Source: an uncultured cyanobacterium
Lineage (GTDB): Bacteria > Cyanobacteriota > Cyanobacteriia > PCC-9006 > JAAUQQ01
Assembly (NCBI GenBank): GCA_963718615.1
Contig: OY970368.1
Coordinates: 1,600,001-1,664,000, forward strand
DNA: 64,000 nucleotides
Reading direction: 5' to 3'
Under the pieces are notes generated by a model. It ran no database searches, was not told where the DNA came from, and saw nothing but the letters and a program-made list of their open reading frames with translations. This document shows, one piece after another, positions 27,463-36,507 of this stretch. Both the position numbers and the translations under genes were made by a program. Every line of letters starts with the position of its first letter. Within the stretch, counting starts at the first letter, position 1.

Positions 27463-30400
27463 TCAGCTCTCAAAAAGTCCGTGAAAGAGGTCTGAGAAGT
27501 CTATTGGAAGCAGGAATTGAATGCCCTGCAGTGCTTGCTCTAGGGTGAGGTCTGGGTTGATGGTTTTGGCGCGGCGGAGGAGGAAGTTGGTTTCTTCGAG
27601 GTAGGCGGCGCGATCGAACGCATTAACTGATTTTTGACTGGCAGAAATGCGGCGACTGGCTTCTTCGATAACGGCTTGAGCAGCGGTTTGGCGGAGGCTA
27701 CTCACGAGGGGTTGGTCAATGGATAACTTCGGATCGCGTGCTTTTGCTTCTTCGAGCAGGGCCTTGGCTGCGGTGTAATTTCCCATTTCGGCGGTGGTGC
27801 GGGCCTGGATTAGGAGCAGGGGTGGAATATCGGATTGGACCTTGGCACAGTCACTTTTTAGACCTTGAATTTCTGGTCCATTGATTGTGTCTTTGATCCG
27901 GTAGCAGCCCATGGCGAAAAAGTCAGACAGCCTGATCGGCCACAGCTTCACCGTGTTATCCCAACTCCCCGAGGCGATCGTATTGCCATCCGGACTGAAG
28001 GCGACACTATTGACAGAGGATTCATGGCCTTTGAGGGTGGAGATCAGCGTCCCATCCCGTCGCCACAGCTTCACCGTGCTATCCTCGCTCCCGGAGGCGA
28101 TCGTATTGCCATCGGGACTGAAGGCGACACTATTGACATTGCCTTCATGGCCTTTGAGCGTCGTCAGCAGCGTCCCATCCCGTCGCCACAGCTTCACCGT
28201 GTTATCCCAACTCCCCGAGGCGATCGTATTGCCATCCGGACTGAAGGCGACACTATTGACAGGGGATTCATGGCCTTTGAGGGTGGAGATCAGCGTCCCA
28301 TCCCGTCGCCACAGCTTCACCGTGCTATCCTCGCTCCCGGAGGCGATCGTATTGCCATCGGGACTGAAGGCGACACTATTGACATTGCCTTCATGGCCTT
28401 TGAGCGTCGTCAGCAGCGTCCCATCCCGTCGCCACAGCTTCACCGTTTTATCCCCACTCCCCGAGGCGATCGTATTGCCATCCGGACTGAAGGCGACACT
28501 ATTGACAGGGTCTTCATGGCCTTTGAGGGTGGAGATCAGCGTGCCATCCCGTCGCCACAGCTTCACCGTTTCATCCCCCCCCAAGCCCCCACTGGCCGAG
28601 GCGATCGTATTGCCATCCGGACTGAAGGCGACACTATTGACAAAGTCTTCATGGCCTTTGAGCGTCGTCAGCAGCGTGCCATCCCGTCGCCACAGCTTCA
28701 CCGTTTCATCCCCCCCCAAGCCCCCACTGGCCGAGGCGATCGTATTGCCATCCGGACTGAAGGCGACACTATTGACAGAGGATTCATGGCCTTTGAGGGT
28801 GGAGATCAGCGTGCCATCCCGTCGCCACAGCTTCACCGTTTTATCCCCACTCCCCGAGGCGATCGTATTGCCATCCGGACTGAACGCCACGCTACTGACA
28901 TAGAATTCATGGCCTTTGAGCGTCGTCATCAGCGTCCCATCCCGTTGCCACAGATTCACCGTGCCATCCCCCAAAAAGCCCCCACTGGCCGAGGCGATCG
29001 TATTGCCATCGGGACTGAAGGCGACACTATTGACATTGCCTTCATGGCCTTTGAGCGTCGTCAGCAGCGTCCCATCCCGTCGCCACAGCTTCACCGTGCT
29101 ATCCTCGCTCCCGGAGGCGATCGTATTGCCATCGGGACTGAAGGCGACACTATTGACATTGCCTTCATGGCCTTTGAGCGTCGTCAGCAGCGTCCCATCC
29201 CGTCGCCACAGCTTCACCGTTCTATCCCAACTCCCCGAGGCGATCGTATTGCCATCCGGACTGAAGGCGACACTATTGACAGGGGATTCATGGCCTTTGA
29301 GGGTGGAGATCAGCGTGCCATCCCGTCGCCACAGCTTCACCGTTTTATCCCAACTCCCCGAGGCGATCGTATTGCCATCCGGACTGAAGGCGACACTATT
29401 GACAAAGTCTTCATGGCCTTTGAGGGTGGAGATCAGCGTGCCATCCCGTCGCCACAGCTTCACCGTTTTATCCCAACTCCCCGAGGCGATCGTATTGCCA
29501 TCCGGACTGAACGCCACGCTACTGACATAGAATTCATGGCCTTTGAGCGTCGTCATCAGCGTGCCATCCCGTCGCCACAGCTTCACCGTGTTATCGTCGC
29601 TCCCCGAGGCGATCGTATTGCCATCGGGACTGAACGCCACGCTCCTGACATCGGATTCATGGCTTTGTTGCCGCCCTTTCAATGCTGGATCGACAAAGTT
29701 CATCACATTTTGAATGCCACTTTGATTGACTGCGGTATTTAATGCCTTCAGGACTTCGCTTTCTGTCACTTGATAGGGTTCTAAATTCAATCTTGCGCCA
29801 ATGCCTAGGGGCCGAAAACGCTGGTAGGCTTTCATGCTTTTCACCAGTGCTGTCTGCACATCCCCTTCAACAGATGCATCCTGAGCCGTCATGCTCAAGA
29901 TTCGAATATCCGCTATATTCCACAATAGTCCCGCAAATCCGGCTAAGCCCATACTTCCAGCCAGAAAAAAACTACCAATCCCAATAAGACGTCTCCTGGC
30001 AGTTCGGTTAGAGGCTTCCAAGTTACTCTTCTCTTGTTGCTCCAATTGAAGACTTTCCTGTATTTCTGCAAGCTCTTCCTGCGTAGCCGAGTCCTGGCTA
30101 GCTTGCAAAAATCGATAATCCTCTGGTGTAAGTTTCCGCCCCTCTTCGTTTGCCCATGCTCTTGCTCTTTTCAGTTCATCCCCCGCGAGAAGCCAGGCAT
30201 TATGTTTGCCCATCCTTGACCACATTCGCATTTCTTCTCCATAAGGACGTAATGCTAACAACATTTTTTCTACCCACTCTGGTCCGAAAACCTGTTGGTA
30301 AATTCGATTTGCCAAAACTAGGCTGTCTCCTCGTTTCACTACCAATCCTGTTAACCGCAATGCCAGTAATTCTTCACTTGAATCTAGCCCGACTCGTCCT

Positions 30401-31365
30401 GTCTGCAAAATCTGCTGATATAACCCTAATATCGCTCCCGCCAGAAACTCCTCCGCCATCACCCGATCCTGAATCGTCTGGAAATGCACTTGCTCATCCT
30501 GGCTCTCCCAAACGCGAATCATTTGATTCTCAATAATTTTCTCAATCTCCCTACGGGGAAAAGGAGAACAAAGATCAGGAGATTCTGCCACCAAACGACA
30601 GGCCCGCTGGGTCAAAAATGGTTGCCCCCCCGTCCAATCCAAAACCGTTTGTAGCGTCGCCTCTCCCCCCGGCAACCCCTCGGCCAAACCAAGTGCCTCC
30701 CCAAACGAAAACCCCGTCAACTCAACCGCCTGACCCACATTAAACGGCGTCCGTCGCTTATCCCGAATCAAATCCTGCGGCGCACAAACCCCCAACAACG
30801 CAAACGTCAACCGCCCATAGCGAGGATCATCCACCCGCCGGTTATACAACTCCCGAATCGCCGCAAAAAAATCATCCGTCCGAAACCCCAACCCCAACAC
30901 ACTATCAATCTCATCCACAAAAATTACCAACGGATCCATTAGTTCCGCCAGCAACCCCTCCCCCACAAACTCCCCCCACCGCTGCACAAACGACAACCCC
31001 TCCCGCTCCGCCCACCACTGCCGCACCCTCGGCAACCGCCAATCCTGCAACCGCCCCGACTGCTCCCGCACCTGCTTGACAATCTCCCACACCACCCCCA
31101 AATACCACTGCTCCGCCGTCACCTCCCCCGAACCGATCGCCGTCATATCGATCGCCACACAAACCACACCCTCGCTCTGCAACCGCGCCATCGTCCGCAC
31201 CCGCAGACTCGACTTGCCCATTTGCCGCGAATTCAGCACATAACAAAACTTCCCCGCCTTCAAACCCGCATAAAAATCCTCATCCGCCTGCCGCCGCACA
31301 TAACTCGGCGCACCCAACGGCAAACTTCCCCCCAGCCAATACTCAAAGGCAGGACCGGAGATCAT
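27463..31365 (-). CDS. AAA_35 (STAND-like NTPase)-coiled coil-TM-14xWD40-helical tail protein
   Basis: Walker A NSRQMGKSS, Walker B IFVDEID, TPFNVG, WTGGQPFLTQ; TM LIGIGSFFLAGSMGLAGFAGLLW; 14 GH...VKLW repeats. Confidence 0.92.
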   Translation of the reverse strand: MISGPAFEYWLGGSLPLGAPSYVRRQADEDFYAGLKAGKFCYVLNSRQMGKSSLRVRTMARLQSEGVVCVAIDMTAIGSGEVTAEQWYLGVVWEIVKQVREQSGRLQDWRLPRVRQWWAEREGLSFVQRWGEFVGEGLLAELMDPLVIFVDEIDSVLGLGFRTDDFFAAIRELYNRRVDDPRYGRLTFALLGVCAPQDLIRDKRRTPFNVGQAVELTGFSFGEALGLAEGLPGGEATLQTVLDWTGGQPFLTQRACRLVAESPDLCSPFPRREIEKIIENQMIRVWESQDEQVHFQTIQDRVMAEEFLAGAILGLYQQILQTGRVGLDSSEELLALRLTGLVVKRGDSLVLANRIYQQVFGPEWVEKMLLALRPYGEEMRMWSRMGKHNAWLLAGDELKRARAWANEEGRKLTPEDYRFLQASQDSATQEELAEIQESLQLEQQEKSNLEASNRTARRRLIGIGSFFLAGSMGLAGFAGLLWNIADIRILSMTAQDASVEGDVQTALVKSMKAYQRFRPLGIGARLNLEPYQVTESEVLKALNTAVNQSGIQNVMNFVDPALKGRQQSHESDVRSVAFSPDGNTIASGSDDNTVKLWRRDGTLMTTLKGHEFYVSSVAFSPDGNTIASGSWDKTVKLWRRDGTLISTLKGHEDFVNSVAFSPDGNTIASGSWDKTVKLWRRDGTLISTLKGHESPVNSVAFSPDGNTIASGSWDRTVKLWRRDGTLLTTLKGHEGNVNSVAFSPDGNTIASGSEDSTVKLWRRDGTLLTTLKGHEGNVNSVAFSPDGNTIASASGGFLGDGTVNLWQRDGTLMTTLKGHEFYVSSVAFSPDGNTIASGSGDKTVKLWRRDGTLISTLKGHESSVNSVAFSPDGNTIASASGGLGGDETVKLWRRDGTLLTTLKGHEDFVNSVAFSPDGNTIASASGGLGGDETVKLWRRDGTLISTLKGHEDPVNSVAFSPDGNTIASGSGDKTVKLWRRDGTLLTTLKGHEGNVNSVAFSPDGNTIASGSEDSTVKLWRRDGTLISTLKGHESPVNSVAFSPDGNTIASGSWDNTVKLWRRDGTLLTTLKGHEGNVNSVAFSPDGNTIASGSEDSTVKLWRRDGTLISTLKGHESSVNSVAFSPDGNTIASGSWDNTVKLWPIRLSDFFAMGCYRIKDTINGPEIQGLKSDCAKVQSDIPPLLLIQARTTAEMGNYTAAKALLEEAKARDPKLSIDQPLVSSLRQTAAQAVIEEASRRISASQKSVNAFDRAAYLEETNFLLRRAKTINPDLTLEQALQGIQFLLPIDFSDLFHGLFES
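27940..29661 (-). repeat. Near-identical WD40-coding tandem array, 14 units of 123 or 135 bp
   Basis: 10x123 bp + 3x135 bp + an 87-bp final unit = 1722 bp; units differ at a few codons. Confidence 0.95.
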
Positions 31366-33002
31366 AACCCCACACTCCCAAAATACTGCCGATACAACTC
31401 ACAACTCACCTGCACCACATTGCGATAGGGCTTCACCAACCCCAAACTCCGCAACGCCGCTCCTTGGCCCAAGGCAATCGCCACCCCAGCCTCACTCGCC
31501 AACACCCGCCGAAACGCCGTCGCCCACTCCGGATGCCGCTCCAAACTCGATCGACAATGCTGCAAATGTCGCCCATACAACCCTGCTTCCGTGGCCCCTT
31601 CCGTCAGCAAATTCTCCAGAGAGCAGCGTCCACGGGCGATCGCATATAACCCCACTCGCAACAACTGCGGATGCCCGCCGACGAGAGGCATGAGGGCGAT
31701 CGCCACCCCCGCCTCTAACCCATGACGCACCGCCAACGCCTCCCCCTGGGCCTCACTCAACTCCGGCAATTCAATTTCCAGCCCCACATTAAACGGCGAC
31801 TGCGACTGTTGCAGCGTCTCATGATCAAAATCCTTAGAATGCACCAACACCAACCGTAACTTTTGCCATTGTTGGTGCGTTCTACCCTTCTCATACCAGG
31901 CCCGCAACATCGAAAAGAAATCGATCGGCCAAGCCCCACCCTCTCGCTCCTCAAACAGCAAATCCACCTCATCCAACTCCAACACCAAACCAGCCCCGAT
32001 CTGCGGCAGCAGATAATCCTCAAAATACTCCCCACAGTCCCCCTTACTGCCCAACCCACTCTCCCAATAATCTGGCAGCCGATTCTCAAACCTTAATTTC
32101 CGCGTCAACTGCGCACAAAAGTACTTCAGAAATCCACCCAAACTGCCCAAAAACTCCCGATCAATCTCCCGAAAATTGATCGCCACCGTCCGCATTCCCT
32201 CAGACTCCGCCGCTTCCACCACCCGCGCCATCAAACTCGACTTACCAAATTCACGCGGAGCCTTAATCCGCACCAAGGTCCCCACTCGCATCACCTCCTT
32301 GAGCGCATCTTCCTCGGCAGGGGGTCGGGGAATATAGAAGGGAGAGGCGATCGCCATTTTTCCACCCGGTTCTTCTAGCTCAATTTGACGTGTAGGAGCA
32401 ACCTCTAGCGACTCGGTGGGTTGAGGGACATTTTCAACCCCGAAGGGCACGGAGGGATCGCGATACAACAAAACTGGAGTCCAGACTTCCTGATCATTGG
32501 CTATCCCCGACAGCCCAAGCTGAAACGCCTCTGGATAGGCGCGCCCAGCACCAATACCATCGTAAAAGGCTTCAGCAAATCTTCGTGCGGCGCGATCGCC
32601 AATGGCACGATTCATGCCAATCACACAGGGAACGTGGGCATGGATCGCCTCAGCCTGGACCTGGGCATAACAGGCATTCAGCACCACACAATCCACCGAA
32701 AAAAGTGCAAAGCAACGCTTCAGCGCATCCGCTGAAATTAAATGGGAAGAACTATCATCCCCTTCCAACACCAGCCCTTCTGCCCCTGTTCCATGACCCG
32801 AGAAATGTACAATTTCGGGTCGAATTTCTTCTAGTTCACGTCTTACATCCTTCCAGCGCACAGCCGTGCGATGCTCCAACGTCCAGCGATCGCCCTGGGA
32901 TGACAATCGCAATGACTCCCGAATCTCTCGAACTTCTGTCTCTAGCGCTAATGGCGTTGTCCCTCTCGGATTTGCCGTCAAAATCAAAATTGTTTTGTGC
33001 AT
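31362..33002 (-). CDS. CHAT (caspase-like) protease-AAA_35 fusion protein
   Basis: ILILTANP, IVHFSGHG (His) and VVLNACY (Cys); then APREFGKSS, LELDEVD, SPFNVG, GGHP. Confidence 0.9.
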   Translation of the reverse strand: MHKTILILTANPRGTTPLALETEVREIRESLRLSSQGDRWTLEHRTAVRWKDVRRELEEIRPEIVHFSGHGTGAEGLVLEGDDSSSHLISADALKRCFALFSVDCVVLNACYAQVQAEAIHAHVPCVIGMNRAIGDRAARRFAEAFYDGIGAGRAYPEAFQLGLSGIANDQEVWTPVLLYRDPSVPFGVENVPQPTESLEVAPTRQIELEEPGGKMAIASPFYIPRPPAEEDALKEVMRVGTLVRIKAPREFGKSSLMARVVEAAESEGMRTVAINFREIDREFLGSLGGFLKYFCAQLTRKLRFENRLPDYWESGLGSKGDCGEYFEDYLLPQIGAGLVLELDEVDLLFEEREGGAWPIDFFSMLRAWYEKGRTHQQWQKLRLVLVHSKDFDHETLQQSQSPFNVGLEIELPELSEAQGEALAVRHGLEAGVAIALMPLVGGHPQLLRVGLYAIARGRCSLENLLTEGATEAGLYGRHLQHCRSSLERHPEWATAFRRVLASEAGVAIALGQGAALRSLGLVKPYRNVVQVSCELYRQYFGSVGL

Positions 33003-33023
33003 AAGCGCATCCTTGGATTTCTC

Positions 33024-34013
33024 TCATCTTTTGGGTTTGCAAATTTTTTGAGTCGCTAGGAGCATTTGGCGGGCGATCGCCCCATCCTTCCCAATCTGCT
33101 CCTTCAACGCCTCCAACGACTCAAACCGCTGCTCAGGCCGCAAAAACGCCACCAAATCCACCGCCAGCGACTGACCATACAGATCCCCCGACCAGTCCAG
33201 CAGATGCACCTCCACCGTCACCGCTTGACCCGCCACCGTCGGACGCTGGCCCAAATTCATCACCCCCGGTCTAGGAAAACTGCCCAACGCAGATTCCGGC
33301 TCATTCCCCGCAACCCACACCGCATAGACCCCATAATGGGGCAAAAACTTGTGGAGCGGAAGCTGGAGATTCGCGGTTGGAAAGCCTAGGGTTCTGCCCA
33401 GTTGCTGGCCCTGCACCACCCTGCCCGTCAGCCGATAGGGGCGTCCCAACAGATCCTGGGCCGTGGCCACATCCCCAGCCAAAAGCGCTTGGCGAATGCG
33501 GGAACTGCTAATGCGCTCCCCACCCGCAGCATAGAGCGAAACCAGATCAACCTCCACCTGCCATTGGGCCGCGATCGCCCGCAATTCTGCCACCGTCCCG
33601 GCGCGATCGCAACCAAAGCGAAAATCCTGCCCAACGCTAATGCGCCGACAGTCCAAGGTTTTGATCAAAATCTTCTCGACAAACGCCTCTGGCGTCAGAC
33701 TGGCCAATTCCCGATCGAAGGGCAACAACACCAACTGCTCGATTCCCAAGGCTTGGAGCTCCTGGGCTTTTTCTTCTAGGGGCGTCAGGAGCGATCGCGG
33801 CTGCCCCGAAAAAAACTCCTGGGGATGGGGCGTAAACGTCACCACCGAGCGGTAGACCTTCTCTCCGCACTCCTGCTCTCCCCACTCCTCTCGTCCGGCC
33901 AAAACCGGCTTTATAACCTGTACATGCCCCCGATGAATCCCATCGAAATTTCCCAGGGCAGCGGCCACGGGGGTTAGAACCTGATCCAGAGAAGAAGCAA
34001 TCCACACAGCCAA
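33024..34013 (-). CDS. ribF: Bifunctional riboflavin kinase / FAD synthetase
   Basis: GNFDGIHRGH, ISSSRIR, GRTLGFPTAN, EVHLLD. Confidence 0.96.
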   Translation of the reverse strand: MAVWIASSLDQVLTPVAAALGNFDGIHRGHVQVIKPVLAGREEWGEQECGEKVYRSVVTFTPHPQEFFSGQPRSLLTPLEEKAQELQALGIEQLVLLPFDRELASLTPEAFVEKILIKTLDCRRISVGQDFRFGCDRAGTVAELRAIAAQWQVEVDLVSLYAAGGERISSSRIRQALLAGDVATAQDLLGRPYRLTGRVVQGQQLGRTLGFPTANLQLPLHKFLPHYGVYAVWVAGNEPESALGSFPRPGVMNLGQRPTVAGQAVTVEVHLLDWSGDLYGQSLAVDLVAFLRPEQRFESLEALKEQIGKDGAIARQMLLATQKICKPKR

Positions 34014-34091
34014 GATTGTTACAGAAATTTACACTTACTTTAACCCGAGTTGTCCGTGCTGTCCTCGCTCTCGGTTTCTCTAAACCTAGCT

Positions 34092-34988
34092 TCAAACGTA
34101 GCTTCGGAGGCGGTTCGAAATTGGTTTGAGGCAAAGCTCTAGGCCCTCTTGGGCAAGCTGAGATCCCGGAAAGCGTTGGCGAGCGGCGATCGCCACCGCA
34201 TCCAAAAAATCATCATCATGGCTCGGGTCATGGTGAAAAATAATCAACCGTTTAACCTTTGCCGCCTGAGCGACCTTAATCGCCTCCTGCCAGGTGGAAT
34301 GGCCCCAACCCACCTTACTGGTGCGGGGGTGATGATACTCCTCGTCAGTATAGGTTGAGTCGTAAATCAAGACATCGGCGTTGCGGGCCAGGTGAACAAT
34401 ATTGGCATCCAGGCGATCGGGAAAATGCTCGGTATCGGTCACGTAGACCGCTGTTCGTCCCTGCCAACTAACCCGATACCCCAAGGCTTCCCCTGGATGG
34501 TTGAGGGCGGCGGTTTCGATCTGAATTCCCGGTTTGAGCAAGATGCGATCGCCCGGTGTCAAATCATGAAATTCCAAATTACTCGACATCACCTGGAGGG
34601 AAACCGGGAAATTGGGATGGAGCATTTGTAGTGCAAGGCGCTGCTCTACCGTGGTGCCATCGAGGGCGATCGCCCCATAAATATGAAACTTGTTACCCGG
34701 CAAAAATGCAGGCTCAAAAAAGGGAAATCCCTGGACATGATCCCAGTGGTAATGGCTAAAAAAAAGATGGGCCTGGAGATTTTTCTTGCCCCGCAGCGAT
34801 TGCCCCAAGCCACGCAATCCCGTACCACCATCAAAAATCAGCCGTTGTCCTTGGATTTGCATCTCCACACAGGGGGTATTACCGCCATAGCGCACGGTTC
34901 CTGGCCCTGGAGAAGGAATACTGCCTCGGACACCCCAAAAGCGAATTGTGAACTGACCCTGCTCCCCGATCATGCTCAATCGTTCCAC
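34092..34988 (-). CDS. MBL-fold metallo-hydrolase
   Basis: FWGVRGS, YGGNTPC, SHYHWDH, TDTE, WGHS, FHHDP. Confidence 0.92.
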   Translation of the reverse strand: MERLSMIGEQGQFTIRFWGVRGSIPSPGPGTVRYGGNTPCVEMQIQGQRLIFDGGTGLRGLGQSLRGKKNLQAHLFFSHYHWDHVQGFPFFEPAFLPGNKFHIYGAIALDGTTVEQRLALQMLHPNFPVSLQVMSSNLEFHDLTPGDRILLKPGIQIETAALNHPGEALGYRVSWQGRTAVYVTDTEHFPDRLDANIVHLARNADVLIYDSTYTDEEYHHPRTSKVGWGHSTWQEAIKVAQAAKVKRLIIFHHDPSHDDDFLDAVAIAARQRFPGSQLAQEGLELCLKPISNRLRSYV

Positions 34989-35106
34989 ACAAAGTCCATC
35001 TTTCGGAGTCCATTAAAGGGTCAAGCCGATCGGGACTCTAGGACTGTAAGATATACACCACAGCATAAGCGATGACGACCCCCGTAGCCTGAACCCCCTG
35101 AATTCT

Positions 35107-35655
35107 ATGCTTGAACGCTTTGACCAACAGTCAGTTCCTAAACTTGGTGCAGAATTACTCTTTTGGGGTAGGGTAAGTTTCTGGATACAGTTGGTGCTTG
35201 CGGTCATTTCGTTGTTTATGTTGGCCTGTGGGGTCATACTTTTGGGCCAAAGTCCTGGGAGCGGGGGAGCGCTGCTGTTTGCGATCGCGGGTCTCATTGC
35301 ACTGGGGGTTGGGGCCTATTGGGCGCTATGCTATCCTCGGCGGGGGCGGCAGCTCATGCTATCGGACAAGGTGGCCCGACCGAGCCGCGCGGAAATTATG
35401 CAGTTGCTCAAGCGCAACATTCTGACCAATCTCTTGGGATTGGGGTTGATTATTGTTGGGGCAGAATCCTTTGCTGGTGTGCTGTTCTCTAAGGCCATCA
35501 AACTCGGGGTTGGATTTAATATCCTCAACACTAAACCCGGTGATCTCATCCAGATTGTGGACATTTTCGTGGTGCTGGCCAACACTCACATCATTGCGGC
35601 CCATGGGTTGGCCTTGGCGATCGCCCTCTGGTTCCTCAATCGGGTAGCCCGCTAA
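35107..35655 (+). CDS. DUF3611 (Tic21-like) membrane protein
   Basis: GRVSFWIQLVLAVIS, DIFVVLANTHIIAAH motifs; four TM segments. Confidence 0.75.
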   Translation: MLERFDQQSVPKLGAELLFWGRVSFWIQLVLAVISLFMLACGVILLGQSPGSGGALLFAIAGLIALGVGAYWALCYPRRGRQLMLSDKVARPSRAEIMQLLKRNILTNLLGLGLIIVGAESFAGVLFSKAIKLGVGFNILNTKPGDLIQIVDIFVVLANTHIIAAHGLALAIALWFLNRVAR

Positions 35656-36266
35656 GACTGAGGCACCAGTTCGGGATTGGGTTGAGCCGGATTTATACCG
35701 TTTTCCTCACCGTTCTCCGCGCCAGTATATTGGGGGTCGCTGACGCCGCCGACCCGTTGGGGGGGCCAGAAGCGCACGATCGCCCGACCAATAATCTTGT
35801 CGCGGGGGACAAAATCCCAGTAGTGGCTGTCGTAGCTGTTGTTGCGGTTATCCCCAAAGACCACATATTGGCCCTCGGGCACGACTTTCGGTCCCCACTG
35901 GTAGTTGGGTTTTTCAAACACATAGGTTTCATCAATGGGCTGGCCATTGATAAAGACCTTGCCGTTTTGCACTTCTACCGTTTCGCCTGGTAGGCCTACG
36001 ACGCGCTTGATAAAGGCATCCTTGAAATTTTGACGCCGCAATTCGTCGGTGGGCTGAAAGACGACGATGTCGCCGCGATGGGGTTGCTCGAAGTGATAGC
36101 TGACTTTGTCGATAATCAGCCGGTCGTTAATCTCAAGCGTCGGCAACATCGAGCCCGAGGGAATATAGCGAGCCTCGGCCACAAACGTGCGGATGCCGAA
36201 GGCGAGCAGTGCGCTCAAACCGACGGTCTTCAGTCCTTCAACCCAGGGATTTTCCTGATCTGCCAT
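35652..36266 (-). CDS. lepB: Signal peptidase I
   Basis: IPSGSMLPTL (Ser), FIKRVVGLPG (Lys), GDNRNNSYDSH. Confidence 0.95.
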   Translation of the reverse strand: MADQENPWVEGLKTVGLSALLAFGIRTFVAEARYIPSGSMLPTLEINDRLIIDKVSYHFEQPHRGDIVVFQPTDELRRQNFKDAFIKRVVGLPGETVEVQNGKVFINGQPIDETYVFEKPNYQWGPKVVPEGQYVVFGDNRNNSYDSHYWDFVPRDKIIGRAIVRFWPPQRVGGVSDPQYTGAENGEENGINPAQPNPELVPQS

Positions 36267-36507
36267 GAATCAAACAAACCTTATTGGGAGCCGTAAATTG
36301 GGATCGACTAGGTTAGAACAATACAGGGGAATTGACCCCCCGATATGTAGACATATCTCATTTATTTAGCATACCCAGCCGAAGCCATAACAGCCATGGC
36401 ATGATGGGCGCGGGTAAACGGGTGGATTAGCCCCCTGAATGCTCCTAAATACCTTGGAAATACTGGGGTTTGACTAGGTTAGCCTCGCTGATTGGATAAG
36501 TTTGTTC

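Noticed and set aside
26639-27473. Minus-strand ORFs of 226 and 218 aa
   Set aside because: Antisense to the 26292..27419 gene, with Ser- or Leu/Gln-rich shadow composition.
27940-29661. Possible CRISPR array or DGR target
   Set aside because: Units are in-frame coding repeats without unique spacers; no cas or reverse transcriptase gene in the window; variation is not adenine-specific.
27865-29742. Long plus-strand ORFs (625, 330 and 204 aa) with repeated RIAIRTEGD or HSFTV motifs
   Set aside because: Antisense shadows of the WD40 array: a stop-free unit stays stop-free when amplified. No independent sign of expression.
35044-35056. TGTA-N5-TACA as an NtcA site
   Set aside because: Spacing does not fit GTA-N8-TAC.
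36342-36357. Perfect palindrome GATATGT-AG-ACATATC between lepB and pyrC
   Set aside because: Could be an operator, but it is short, single and matches no box I can name.
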